The notes below the pieces were generated by a model. It did not search any database, had not been told where the DNA came from, and saw only the letters and a program-made list of their open reading frames with translations. Of a stretch of DNA of 64,000 nucleotides, positions 21,001-24,651 are shown in pieces (the first letter of the stretch is position 1; every line of letters begins with the position of its first letter). The position numbers were made by a program, and so were the translations under genes. The DNA is from a bacterium (lineage in GTDB: Bacteria > Patescibacteriota > Gracilibacteria > JAUYGZ01), in NCBI GenBank assembly GCA_030690415.1, contig JAUYGZ010000011.1:6269-70268 (forward strand), in the 5' to 3' direction.

Positions 21001-23824
21001 GAGACATAGCCTCCGAAAAATCACCAGAAGAATTGGTATCGTGCAGCGTGACCTCCGCCACTCGATCTTTCCCGGCTCCTCCAAAGACGGTTCGATAGAG
21101 GAGTTGGTTAGCACTATCCACCTGCTCTACGACAGGATCAAAATCAGATCCTAAAAGACACTGGTATTCGCTGGTCCGAAGAGGAAAAATCAGAGCGGGC
21201 ATCATCTGTCCAACCGCGTACAAACTCTTCTCATCGGGAAAAGGAAGGAGAGACCAGCCAAAATTTAAATCAGCGGGGGGAATACAAGAGGAAAGATCAG
21301 GGTGAATCCTCATCGCCATGGAAAGAGGAAATCCATGATCATATTCTTCGACTGAAAAGGAAACCCCTTTTGCCCCCAACATCTGATAATTCACATCCTT
21401 CAATTGTGTCCCATCAGGAAAAGCCTGATAGGCCAAAGGCTTATCAAACCCGATCTGACAAACTCCCAAATCGAGCAGAAGATCTCCCTGCTCCGTCACC
21501 TGAAGGCGTTCTGCCCCATTAAATCGAAGAATAATGTCATTCACTTCAGCCTCAGGAGCAATGGTAAACAATTGATCAAGCCCCACACCCTCTCCGAAAA
21601 TGTTCAGGTCAATACCGGGATACAGTGAAGAATACCGCAGCTCAAGAGTTGAAGGAATATCCTGATACCACCGCTCAGGCTGATCTCCCAGGACTCGGTA
21701 CAGAAGTGGTGGCGAGACTTGCTGATCTGAAGAATTTTCGACCGCGAGAATCTCTTCCGTCTGAGCACCAACAAATTGCTGCCGAATAGCCCCGAAAACA
21801 AAAGGTGATGAAGACATCTCGAGAATATTCGACTGCAGAGAGGAACCATCTTCACAGCTCAGATCAGCCGAAGACGATTCTGGAAGCTCCAGAAGAGTGT
21901 CTTTTGAAGCTTCTTCAGGGATCACGTCGGGCAAAGCCGACGGGTCTTTGCCTCCTTCATCAAGGACGGGTTCCGAGATGACAGACTGATCAGGCTCCTG
22001 GTTTAAACTCAACGCCTGGTATTCCTGAGCAACCTGAAGAGGAATAAACCAAGTCCCAATCAATTCACGATTCTGGAAAAAATAAGAAGCGCGATCTTTT
22101 TGTGCTCCAAACACAATACTGTCATCCCACTGCCCAAGATTTTTTTCAAAAAGAAAAGGCTGATCATAAAGAAAACTCAACTGGGCGGTATTCTGGGAAT
22201 CCTCCACCCTTTGATCAATTGGCATCAAAATATCCTGCTGCAGCAGAAGAGGAAAGGTCAAAACCTCGGGGTGAGTGATCCGAAGAATAAAACGACCATC
22301 CAAATACCTCGCCTCAATGACGCCCGAACGGATCTCTCCATATCCATCGATCAGCTGAGGGGGAGTAAACACAAAAGGTCGGGAATCCTGAAAGTTTTTC
22401 TTCCACACGAAAAATCCTCCATCAGCCATAGCTTCCACGTGATATTCCTCGGCTGACTGAATCTCCCGACTAAACTCATAAGCATCATTAAAACCATCTT
22501 TCAACAACACCCATTGCTTGAGGGCTCTTTGATCACGGTCGTAGAAATACGAAACACTCTCCGGTCGAGTTTGATTCGCGAAAACGACCATTCCGGAATC
22601 AAAGGAAGCATTGTATCCCTCTTGGGGAAGAAAGGAGAGCGTCTTCTGTTCGTCATCAAACCGCAAAGCATGAAGCCCAAGAGAAAAATCTTTTTTCACC
22701 ATAATCATAGCGTCACTCAGATCTCGAATAGCTTTCTGATGAAAGAGAAGAATAGAGTCTTCATTGTCCAAAAACTCCGGCCGCAGCTGCTTCAGTCGCT
22801 CACCATATTCTCCTTTTTGAGAAACGGATTCCTGAGAAGGCGCTGATTCGGATGGCAAACCTTCAGAGGGAAAGACTTCGGGTACTGAAGACTCATCTGG
22901 TGGAGTCTCGGCTGAATCAATGACGGCATCGGGAGCAATGACTTCATCCGGTGGAGTCTCAGCTGAATCAATCACGGCATCGGGGGCAATATCTTCAGCC
23001 GGTGGAGTCTCAGCTGAATCAATGATGACATCAGGAAAAATGACTTCATCCGGCGGAGTCCCGGCTGAATCAATCACGGCATCGGGGGCAATATCTTCAG
23101 CCGGTACCGAAGCGGGATCCCCCACCGAAGGCTCTACCGGGACTTCAACAACCTGAGCGGGAGCCTCAGACCATGAGAAAAATAATGCCGAGAAAAAGCC
23201 TGACAGTTTCCGAGAGAAGTTTTCAATAAAACCAACCGGCTCTTCAGAATTATCGGAAGGAGTCGGAGGTATCGTCTCAGGTGCTGATTCCTCCGGTACG
23301 GGAACTTCTGCTGGAACAGGATCTAAAATTTCTTCAGATGGAACGGTTTCATCGGGAAGCACATCAACGACCTCGTCAACAGCAGGCTCCGTCACGGGTT
23401 CCACCACAGGCTGCTCCGCGGGTCCAACGGAGTCTTCTGGGACAACGTCTGAAGGGCCCCCTTGAATATTCTCATCCTGCGCGGGAAGAGAACCCTCAGC
23501 AGGAGACGGTGAAGGAACAGCTTCTTCGAAAACATCTGGCGTAGGTAAAAAAAGCTCACGGTCATATTGACCCAAAAAATAATACTGTTCAGTCTCCTGA
23601 GCCCGATACCGCCGCAGATCATCCTCACTCTGGGGACTGAAATAATCTTCCTTCACCCCTCCAAAAGACGGCTCTTCCAACCAAGACTTCACGGGCTCAG
23701 GAAAAATTTGAGCGGAAAACCACCCGGAAAGAATTCCCTGAAAGGTGATAAATGTCACCAGGAAGACTCCCGCGAAAAAGAAGAAAAATCCTGCCTTCCG
23801 ATATGATTTACCCTGTCGCTTCAA
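1..23824 (-). CDS. Giant surface adhesin-like protein, 3'-partial, with at least 7,941 codons in the window. Parts from N to C: signal-anchor, acidic Pro/Glu/Asp spacer, duplicated globular domain, long G/T/N-rich beta-helix-like repeat region with CarboxypepD_reg-like inserts, DUF2341-like domain, and at least 6 LamG (Laminin_G_3-like) modules
   Basis: The minus-strand frame with codon tops at 23824-3k is open across the whole region. I translated it by eye and spot-checked forward triplets at positions = 2 mod 3 for tta/cta/tca. All 13 listed minus-strand ORFs in 1-23800 lie in the other two frames, and the + ORFs (278 aa or less) are shadows. The frame is missing from the track only because its stop is left of position 1. 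An in-frame TAA sits at 23858-23860. The first start-type codon is TTG at 23824, giving MKRQGKSYRKAGFFFFFAGVFLVTFITFQG (basic n-region plus TM). Recurrent LMALNMPFNxGTQTDFSGNGNxGT ... GS(L/I)DEVQIYPRALSAAQI motifs are typical of LamG modules. Confidence 0.85.
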   Translation of the reverse strand, partial: MKRQGKSYRKAGFFFFFAGVFLVTFITFQGILSGWFSAQIFPEPVKSWLEEPSFGGVKEDYFSPQSEDDLRRYRAQETEQYYFLGQYDRELFLPTPDVFEEAVPSPSPAEGSLPAQDENIQGGPSDVVPEDSVGPAEQPVVEPVTEPAVDEVVDVLPDETVPSEEILDPVPAEVPVPEESAPETIPPTPSDNSEEPVGFIENFSRKLSGFFSALFFSWSEAPAQVVEVPVEPSVGDPASVPAEDIAPDAVIDSAGTPPDEVIFPDVIIDSAETPPAEDIAPDAVIDSAETPPDEVIAPDAVIDSAETPPDESSVPEVFPSEGLPSESAPSQESVSQKGEYGERLKQLRPEFLDNEDSILLFHQKAIRDLSDAMIMVKKDFSLGLHALRFDDEQKTLSFLPQEGYNASFDSGMVVFANQTRPESVSYFYDRDQRALKQWVLLKDGFNDAYEFSREIQSAEEYHVEAMADGGFFVWKKNFQDSRPFVFTPPQLIDGYGEIRSGVIEARYLDGRFILRITHPEVLTFPLLLQQDILMPIDQRVEDSQNTAQLSFLYDQPFLFEKNLGQWDDSIVFGAQKDRASYFFQNRELIGTWFIPLQVAQEYQALSLNQEPDQSVISEPVLDEGGKDPSALPDVIPEEASKDTLLELPESSSADLSCEDGSSLQSNILEMSSSPFVFGAIRQQFVGAQTEEILAVENSSDQQVSPPLLYRVLGDQPERWYQDIPSTLELRYSSLYPGIDLNIFGEGVGLDQLFTIAPEAEVNDIILRFNGAERLQVTEQGDLLLDLGVCQIGFDKPLAYQAFPDGTQLKDVNYQMLGAKGVSFSVEEYDHGFPLSMAMRIHPDLSSCIPPADLNFGWSLLPFPDEKSLYAVGQMMPALIFPLRTSEYQCLLGSDFDPVVEQVDSANQLLYRTVFGGAGKDRVAEVTLHDTNSSGDFSEAMSPDTAVLHNSIDSYLLLSGETDSPNFPIRALMASGEIESIFPQPFELQVDGKGRLLFEGVDLFSVTQSVSLEIPEDHISEVPVDQVPLDQPRRPDEEQLPGEETPVLPGEGALVPPGQESSVPGEETVHGSAEELPTDVTVLPEEFLPNPEVLPPGEGQLPPDGVGVEGPVELVPDFSPEQLLSDLIDQIVVNPDPERYDLQFILLEQNLYEIRIIERSSGLLRASFQLDLTELLQQAQEEYSQEGPLPPGPPDPLIRGNSSGSEEIRSEGDSVSPEMAPVSPEPTTFFYGIRKAYAQGVSDERSNPKSVQNENGNSLKQFLQQGKFQFVPGLEVEGDETHVVFTKQRTVESARDRSLYLPNLNLAAGVFICPRLETNLLEEVTDDCPGRIVVQKDQIGVPFRVIDAVEGDVEILVDLVDQKGDLRPLDELMNDVTANYKITGTALSGAGIFGFLETSWLDLDAFSSLKEQVAASYEATLSVHPGTTPLVVGESEGSFFQGDFTLEELAQKKAPFPLEALSGLSEDQWFAKRYETFRKAIKPLVYQTQGFIERLFSNPTLDLSSVQDQRKYGRLSDGEAIALNLVEQQPVAAFQDDTVLQPLQEGEALVTFSKDFVGGIRYSGARGSMVLKPLTDDVYRVENHYGLLSFVNQEGANDIFSYFYDAQTRTQREWLVLHNRPAVPFQFQWALENPEQYQVLAGAQGGFLVIPRGVGAEGAFLVAAPFFIDAQGIRHDDQILFRYSEGVFTLKLQDQDTISFPIAIDPSVVIPGSTALAQQQVYPITVVSDGEGIPLAAKSVSVLINGEMADVQKGLSDASGQTSMILPTVSAGDVLSFFFDDGVHRAATVIVAGDTATALELVAGRVSIRSDMSVEFTNTLLALGSGSTTLSDFYSISPEGGLVLAEGMSLSIASGTVYRPGGDVSVTDLINEGTFYPEARTIHVSGSWINTNVFHAGTSTVIFEGDADGVIDSSEALHSGFYALQILGGARTLRSPLLVERNIDIRGGSLTGAFDVSIFGGNLFCSSDCSPAQVTLTDGALALDGGGVLGGEQMELSLHGLFLDGPTPGATVVESSLNISENITIGGAEMDRSLDLRSASQPMTVAGNLTIQEGAGLQLADGVEYVVSGDWVNRGSFEAGASKVVFAGPQASTIFGDNTWHDIESTELGKDMYFEAGKTQTTLGSFRIVGADGMNKENLIEVRSTRQGKLVYDGDQIKKDAEGNVVYDGEQWMLDPKGQIEISYVIWGGANNLSGQLIKVYPSFSHGDNTGFDLDPSWDSGCGSNYNWSCDNNWNPNGQPTSSDSVTWGVGSGSTPSIVDQNYLVLSVNVATAWLGGPLQITGGELTVTNDFNISGDATVNLGTQRLTVSGNLILGAGGQGIFAYTGTTTHGTQPMMRVAGNLQVGSIGTASSFQAPGDDNYLSVAGNITTPNGTFDANDGNLQLYGTTDQLVDSGVSVLNNLTLNNTGTSGTDDLVFSATNLDVNGVLWIDDGDLNATNVNVAKSLIVNAAGSLAVSGTWTFDGAGSHNLRTNSLNMGTVVYNRPSGSLHLVDTNFTASSLTITDGGFYEDGFNSTINGTLTVNGGTYYKSTGTTMVTGLTVAGGTFSGSSGAIDVNGSVSRTSGTLTLSSSTTNVTGDFTGSFTHGSGTVIFDGTSTQTINSASSFNNVTVSKTGTLSLSTNALAAAGTLTVSGGTYSPATLGTSVANLTVEGTGTFTGGSGMVTATGNVSRTAGTLTLPSTTTNVGGDFTGVFAHNSGSVVFNGGSAQAINSTSSFNNVTVSKTGTLSLSNDLTALGTLTITGGTYSPGGYFTSVTGLTTVSGTGTYLTPTAAQIFNGGLTISGGTYTGSTGALAVYGVMTFSSGALTAPSGLFLVNGNWNRTGGTFTPGTGTVIFDGAVFTTQTLNNVGSAFYSVSHAGAGTLALVSDLALANGGTLTQSAGIFDTETNSKAVTVGSSGTTSTLAITGGTWEGDGGTGANQNIVVWGPMSVSNATFKKSSNTLTAKTTLTAGLNSGSGTTTFTSGSGNIDVDSHFTIQKGVSETVSFTAPSGTLFVGGNWGKTAGTFNHNNGTVTFDGATPQSITGANTFYSFTKSVTTAATLTFPEGLTQAFVAGGTLTLNGAAGNLLSIRSSSLLGVQASINPQGTRSISYVDVQDNNNIHATAINPANSVDAGNTTNWFTDRISGRLYAADGTTPLTGKLVQLWVNGSATGGGNDTTDGSGDYLITGTSFTSGDVLTLFISGAAEDGVTVTISNAVILSGIDIYQNHLIVRDEDGVGGISNSDLEDSNGSFGSADLDSIYTTPGPLVLCEEPPCPVTIIVNSGKTLLVPSGHIFAPRDQLVVEGSTDIKGTLTLPSIGKGVVYSLFSGSFAISSGAVVNGGGFPMTFDGAISSAGTFTTTTDTMTVNGDFTRTAGTFTNSGSLTFAGTGTSTLSVNGVSVGSISVDGTSKTLQLGSAATVTTLVIGADDTVKTAGNILTATTHNIANGGVLEVRSGTDFTVTTPDTNSGKIRYVGNGNDTANNMSIRDSGATDYYNLEILSTDVSPTPDNFRLSLPLSVAGTFTISAGTFNANDQPVTSTGLVTVQGTSGAIYNAGGATQTFNGGLTVTRALFQGGAGIIDVTNVSISDESPLPPGDFHVSGNWVFDDTNGVLCVPSCGAKLTFDGSGTQTIAVPSERINELTHSGSGTLQALSALTILDSLAVSSGVLDLNGQNLTATGAIFSNTATVRDTLAGTILGLAQDPYSGTWLVAAAGSLRDLGATDYFDLDINPTSGTVSSSGTIVTTGDIDAQTGTFGGTADITVGGGDIGGAGVINMTGGKVTLPGSTLGGTGGPYTFNDVDLTGTGTTTAQGTITVNGALTVGDGTAHTLDLTTNDAILAVNNLTVAALGVVSASDTQPLTIFGNYTNNGSLTHNNGMVVFTSPTTDTILDAGQTYYDVTMNASGTYLLGDFFRVNHLATISQNTRIHATSGSYGIRFDGSVDIADSVNLSLEPTGDITITSGLDKIYSTGGKAGTLTIGEGAGGTVGFGTAATGVLQISTTIRDAITSGEITTLKVTGGTVDLNAIDFSSRVFNLTIDAGNIGLEQLTLATDQTLRLISTGTITDDNGSTNNVTIAGTGSVLFDAVTNVGTALAGDEIETSVQNLAARTVSGYGSIYVAEADDLVVGSVGGINGVSCVHSGLPAINACSVQANGGITLNQAISGTDIPIVLIADADNSGAGSLSGSGTLTTTTSGDISVRSSGVTSLGAITSVGGLTLDAGTTAPTYTAGGAISATTLTIAANVILDLNGRSLAMTTLVNNGALKLWGNESVTGGAAGDGEWVFRGDGVTNPMTLPNLTYETLTINDPTATTTFQPTATLNVGTLEITQGTFYQNGQTVTVTNPTTFILNGGTYNQSGTLNVSGDMDIQEGTFNGSSDPINITRDFIQGVTGTGGTFHSTSGTMTVGRNFNHPQGTFDANGGTVDFDTATTAVISGNTTWNNLSSVEAGGKSIQVATGSTQTINGALTLTGASGNVIALASNSAGVQWTIDHQGTESLSYVSVKDSACTVMPLSTAIDATDNGYDLGNNGVCWVFETLQLGEGPGFIPQTQLTTAQDLYSDVVGIDSGEIGAYWWTVGASNLMALNMPFNAGGTQTDFSGNGNTGTTYNMTTPNGYVSSGKVGGAMSFDGVNDYVSRSDDSDFDISSALSVSVWVNPASYDATNRFIVTKGNGAVAYNYTLFLRNTVGDVQFTGASSSRWDSPPTANQWNHIVIVADSTNSYAYLNGVKLTCTSGYTCGGLGSVNNDPLYIGYNGYSDNYFKGSLDEVQIYPRALSAAQVAQLCNDGDSDGDCSDGIDVGQGFGGPTLWSALETSVDNVWSLSVTPITSSGIVGSTVVSANTVEILPYAPITDLYLEDGVVTTLSTVEDLNALDPVPGLAGTDIGAYTWSVDPDAGDNPAENGTSPSANLMALNMPFHYGTTQTDFSGNSLNGTTVAVDYISGGSCKVGGCLRFDSVADVVGFGDPQIMEDVISGEDKKFSMSFWIKPSAVMTNNFIIAKAADSSCSQNQRSYLLRLGTGSKPEFLWYGALDGTSYRGVLGSTSVTNTSIWYHVVMTYDGTIDTNNGLDRVKIFVNNLLETTTLNLSFGSLLGAANGTAHFALGNMLTPSGSICGVGIPSFNGSIDEVQIYPRALSAAQISQLYTNGNAGNGGPTLWSALETSVDNVWNLSVTPITSSGVVGSTVVSANTVEIIPYAPITALQLGIDNGGFQQSTTATTVQDIWSNPTGLSLPDIGVYRWTVGASNLMALNMPFNEGGTQTDFSGNGNTGTATNMVSPNGYVSSGRVGGAMSFDGVNDYINVPHSAVNNFGKTDAFTGSAWVNVTDFATLRYIFAKQRVTSPYEGYDLQVATSGKIWVEMVDTAIKTKRIESNVALSTGTWQHVAFTYNGSGDASGVKIYINGVNIAVTVLYNDAFTADIKNTLPLLIGARDTVYQPMKGLIDEVQIYPRALSAAQISRLYTDGVAGFGAPTVLANAETFNGDVFNLIITPLANNGISGTAVTSANTVTIAPDVYLEDGLVEELNTLEVLNSTVDTLDPGSVGAYRWTTNGANVMALNMPFNSGATQTDFSGNGNTGTVTGAVYQSCQVGGCLNFNGTTNYVQTPSNSTLNMSGELTISAWVNLTAGGGRGIFEKTVGGVLNTDYSLFLSGTSTYFRIHNGTSYTDLIYAAQPSTGAWHHILAVNSVSGGYRKIYIDGVQVASGASSAMRTGGDGLSYIGRLATTGYYFSGKIDELQVYPRALSVAEIIQLCDDGDGDAANGTCNPPSGGAIGAGVGGPTAWVAAETVPEQLWGLTVTPISSAGVVGSTTASSNQILILGPDISGTCVDSYGGASCSTSYTVKVAVNGVLQAGKTTTDSDGSWTIPGVTASSGNVITVFLDGAEDSAEAVAVAKYLGAGEAMTGLELVRTHLTLGNGVSQTLSNAEVGSYINSADEDAFHGLDGSALTVNGDGGLTGRTLTILTGTTYQPGGVVNSGNIIVESGASFLSGANNVTASGSGDLTIAGVYTATGSSTINVDGSLILEATGALTLASNLLQVAVNWTNNGGGFTAGTSTVDFDTLGTSQIRGDNTFNNFKSEVASKALRFEENKTQTIGGVLALSGLATGTELSLDLIDGTLPWSFAVTAADQHVSYVSVSNANAMSHDIYAADSISGTGNDDADVPPTDQWIFSSMAISGTVYTNDPEASGTVISGKTVVVAVFDGSGTLVGTQTAETNMFGDYAIAVIPAWLLSGYRVTIFLDGETEKAVTVLKVNGVSVVDADLYVDHLVVRDETGTSITNADLDVAHDVADSDVDAIYMVDATVPTIQSGKELYIPSASTFAPGGNVNTHHIQNKGTLTAGANTITVGGNWINTGIFTAGTGTVTFTSTTAQTIDSTGATTSDFSTIAFNGVGGEWTMNSALTATTMDLLNGTAIMNSKNLSLTTLNNNGTLKLVGDETVAITMMDTDTGTVEYYGGGTYGALGAGNAYYDLSFTGTGSYDLSGALDVNGDLSLTGGGGAWYSGYSYRKSVTIDRTKVAATQSNFPILFSVTDLELKTVANGGYVTHANGYDIIFTDSSGNKLDHEIEKYVSTTGEFVAWVRIPTLSSIVDTSIYLFYGNGSVSTNPSVSGTWDSNFKGVYHMPNGTTLSVTDSTSNGYNGTNTAVTATTGQVDGAGNFNGTTAYVSTALVQPTNNFTFSAWVQTTTDHQIDTESTSTTTGTSGQRYVFWPGGYGSPNAGAGLSVGKNGISVYEHATSYMPPLAVYSGTIGTGFNHIAVRYVDKRPIIYLNGVLVRTGLLSPRTTVYAPNLFGSGFTGTYGAFPGVIDEVRVSSVTRSVEWILTEYRNQSSPSTFYSLGATTAASLLLNADSNMVTVSGDLVHQGGDFVSTGTVVFDSSVPHAVLGGNITTFTNVTISGSGALIGHPINMNVAGNFTNGGTFTHNSGTVTFTGSGTQLFNTGGGSSPFRNIVHSGSGTLQLVTNGLTALGTLTNSAGTVDLAGNALAVTGAVSNTGVIQLRGNESVTLSSGNDTTKGIWKYVGDGDGVQDTHAIKDFGAGVDYFSFTINDPNATKDIFSASAGNLDINGMFTETLGTFIAPVGSMNVAGDFTLASGTTFTKGGTLTLDGDLSFSDSTASNLGDLVVGHSPDTITLTSNLVADSLVIDAGDVLNANGYNLTITNSITINGTLNAATGASMISLGGNWTLNVTTGIFNAGSSTVTFTGTDQSLFGSTTFNNLSKTVSVAREMTFEEGKTQTINGALTLVGGADPNRLALRSTTSGTYWNIVSEGSRTLSNLDVRDSYNNSSTVIDVRGTGSIGYSQHNVRWIFDDFISGFIWLGTTSNAWNTGSNWSGGVVPGPSDVALFEASSNINCSVDVAVDVKGIDIQVPYSGTISQNAYTMAIGSDGLKQASGVFTGGSATITIGSAGNFNLSGGTFNAPSANFSVDGDWTRDGGVFNRGTGTVTFTGADSQVFGISETTFNHLSMTGTLTGHSTGMTVYGDWTNDGTFTHNSGTVTFAGASTILGSSTTTFNNIVIGAALTGHATNMNVAGNWTNNGTAFTHNSGTVTFTGTGTVLGTTQTMFNNLAISATGVLTGHATNMEVAGDWTNLGVFTHNSGMVTINGEVSSTSNISGSNTFFILKSIIPGKTIVFPAGQTQTFASGGKLVITGASGIGNAINLQSSDSVTPTPWNITHTDASVSVQYANVSNGGCVSSKDIQTGNSVNGGGNDACWLFPSLQLAGGSGSSTVFLPTSENLVRDFTQFSSQMIQAYQWTYNDGTAKKLMALNMPFNSGTTQSDFSGNGLNGTATNMVTPNGYVTSGRVGGAMSFDGTNDYISVSDANILDITSALTLSVWVYPTSFSTQKNIICKGDGNSSYNYCLYLTATNGYITLGGGTNPSSTIAPVLNQWSHIATTFNGATHRFYVNGTQVYQATGTLGAANAFPLYIGYNNYSTQYFNGSLDEVQIY
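3422..4358 (-). other. DUF2341-like domain (about 4060-4358) followed by a LamG module (about 3422-4050) inside the giant gene
   Basis: The coding strand reads WYSGYSYRKSVTIDRTKVAATQSNFPILFSV...GYDIIFTDSSGNKLDHEIEKYVSTTGEFVAWVRIPTLSS..SIYLFYGNGS, the pattern I recognise for DUF2341. It is followed by ...GVIDEVRVSSVTRSVEWI, a LamG C-edge. Boundaries are approximate. Confidence 0.6.
6640..10120 (-). repeat. Four consecutive LamG cassettes with conserved edges and divergent cores, separated by similar linkers
   Basis: The N-edge word aaacggcatattcaacgccatcag (rc = CTGATGGCGTTGAATATGCCGTTT, LMALNMPF) occurs at 10094-10117, 9110-9133 and 8099-8122, with a variant at 7178-7201 and another copy at 533-556. 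The C-edge word cgggggtagatctggacttcgtc (rc encodes DEVQIYPR) occurs at 8463-8485 and 7512-7534, with variants at 9542-9564, about 6639-6664 and 1-22. Linkers at about 8260-8408 and 9305-9453 align by eye at roughly 85% identity. Confidence 0.8.
15545..16210 (-). repeat. Tandem duplication of about 333 bp (111 aa) within the beta-helix-like region
   Basis: An identical 23-mer, cgtcacattgttgaagcttgaag, occurs at 15659-15681 and 15992-16014. The offset is 333 nt, or 111 codons. Flanks align by eye at roughly 80% identity. Outer boundaries are approximate. Confidence 0.7.
20225..20275. repeat. C-run palindrome plus G-run mini-element, copy B, in frame inside the giant gene
   Basis: The + strand reads ccccctgataaggggg (hairpin, 20228-20243) tca ggggg tcc ggggggg agagg cccc. 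The coding (minus) sense reads EGPLPPGPPDPLIRGNSSG. The architecture and + strand orientation match the copy at 25905-25955. Confidence 0.6.
22899..23102 (-). repeat. Four 51-bp in-frame tandem repeats (17-aa unit similar to xEDIAPDAVIDSAETPP) in the acidic N-terminal spacer of the giant gene
   Basis: Units were read directly at 22899-22949, 22950-23000, 23001-23051 and 23052-23102. Units 2 and 4 differ at 3 positions. Confidence 0.9.
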
Positions 23825-23856
23825 ATGACGAAAATGATGTAATTTTATTTCTCTCC

Positions 23857-23865
23857 ATTATACCA
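23857..23865 (-). promoter_or_regulatory. Extended -10 promoter element (TGgTATAAT) for the giant gene
   Basis: The reverse complement of 23857-23865 is TGGTATAAT, preceded by a T-run. It sits about 33 nt upstream of the TTG start. No good -35 hexamer was seen. Confidence 0.45.
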
Positions 23866-24032
23866 AAAAAAGCTTATCAAAGCTGACCCAAGATGGAAGG
23901 GACGACATGTGTTTTGATCATCGTCAAGAGGGTTTGGCTAGCATCTTTTTGCTGGAAATAAAGCCAAATAAAGGTATAATCAGAAATGAGCTCCTTGACA
24001 CCAGTCTCTCACCACCCTATCGCCACACTCGT

Positions 24033-24175
24033 GGCGGAAAAATTGTCTGCCAGAGGCACCAGCCCGACACTCGTCTGGCGGGGATCCGCCTATGGCGGAA
24101 AAACTGAAAATTGTCTGCCAGAGGCAGATCCTCCTCCGGAGGAAAAACTGAAAATTGAAAATTGAAAATTGAAAA
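24033..24175 (+). repeat. Triplicated direct repeat with heptamer (TGAAAAT) expansion of 0, 1 and 4 copies, upstream of ssrA
   Basis: R1 at 24033-24058 is ggcggaaaaattgtctgccagaggca. R2 at 24094-24125 is the same with one inserted heptamer. R3 from 24137 is ggaggaaaaac followed by (tgaaaat)x4 at 24148-24175. A 12-nt palindrome, tcctccggagga, lies at 24131-24142. Confidence 0.85.
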
Positions 24176-24198
24176 TTCCCGACTACGTCGGGATCTCT

Positions 24199-24651
24199 GG
24201 GGTTGTACTTGGAATCGAGAGGGAGACTACCGGTTTTTTCAGTGCCATGTCGGGGTCGCGCTGTCCCCCGAGCGTTGACGAGCAATCGTCACGAAGATCC
24301 GTCCAGCGCAAAACTAAGTGCTAAAACTAATTTAGCTGCGATCAGAAACGCAATGCTTGGTGAACAACTGGCATCCGTGCCAGTAGCACCAGCTTTCGCT
24401 TTTGCCGCATAACCGTCTGACCGAAACTCGGACGTCGCTTCGCCTCAGACCTCTCCTATGAGGGTCGAAGTGTCACCTAGGAGGGTAAGGCTTCCGGTCT
24501 GTTCGCCCGGGATCACGAAAACCTTGAACTAAGCGAGTCGGGCTTTTTGTTTGTCTCTTATCCGACTCGTCGAAAATTCAGGACAACCTATCATGGTAGA
24601 TCTGTAAGACCGACTCCTTCCACGCGGGTTCGACTCCCGCCAACTCCACCA
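24199..24651 (+). ncRNA. ssrA: tmRNA (SsrA), one-piece, with encoded CCA
   Basis: The 5' end reads GGGGTTGTACTTGGAATCGAGAGGGA. The 3' end reads GCGGGTTCGACTCCCGCCAACTCCACCA. The acceptor pairs GGGGUUG with CAACUCC and includes the G3:U pair. An internal tag frame ends GCT TTC GCT TTT GCC GCA TAA (…APAFAFAA*, stop at 24410-24412). The resume codon was not determined. Confidence 0.93.

Noticed and set aside
1-23824. I suspected the ORF-poor first 23.8 kb reflected an alternative genetic code (UGA or UAG reassignment) or non-coding DNA.
   Set aside because: One minus frame is completely stop-free under the standard code. Elsewhere, long standard-code ORFs (fusA, dnaK, thrA, the 2,053-aa gene) are intact and rpsL ends in TGA. 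The gap in the track is an edge artefact, because no stop lies inside the window.
24148-24175. Short tandem repeats considered as a possible CRISPR array. The 9-mer arrays at 35382-35507 and 43749-43877 were considered in the same way.
   Set aside because: The units are 7-9 nt and contiguous, with no spacers. No cas genes are present in the window.
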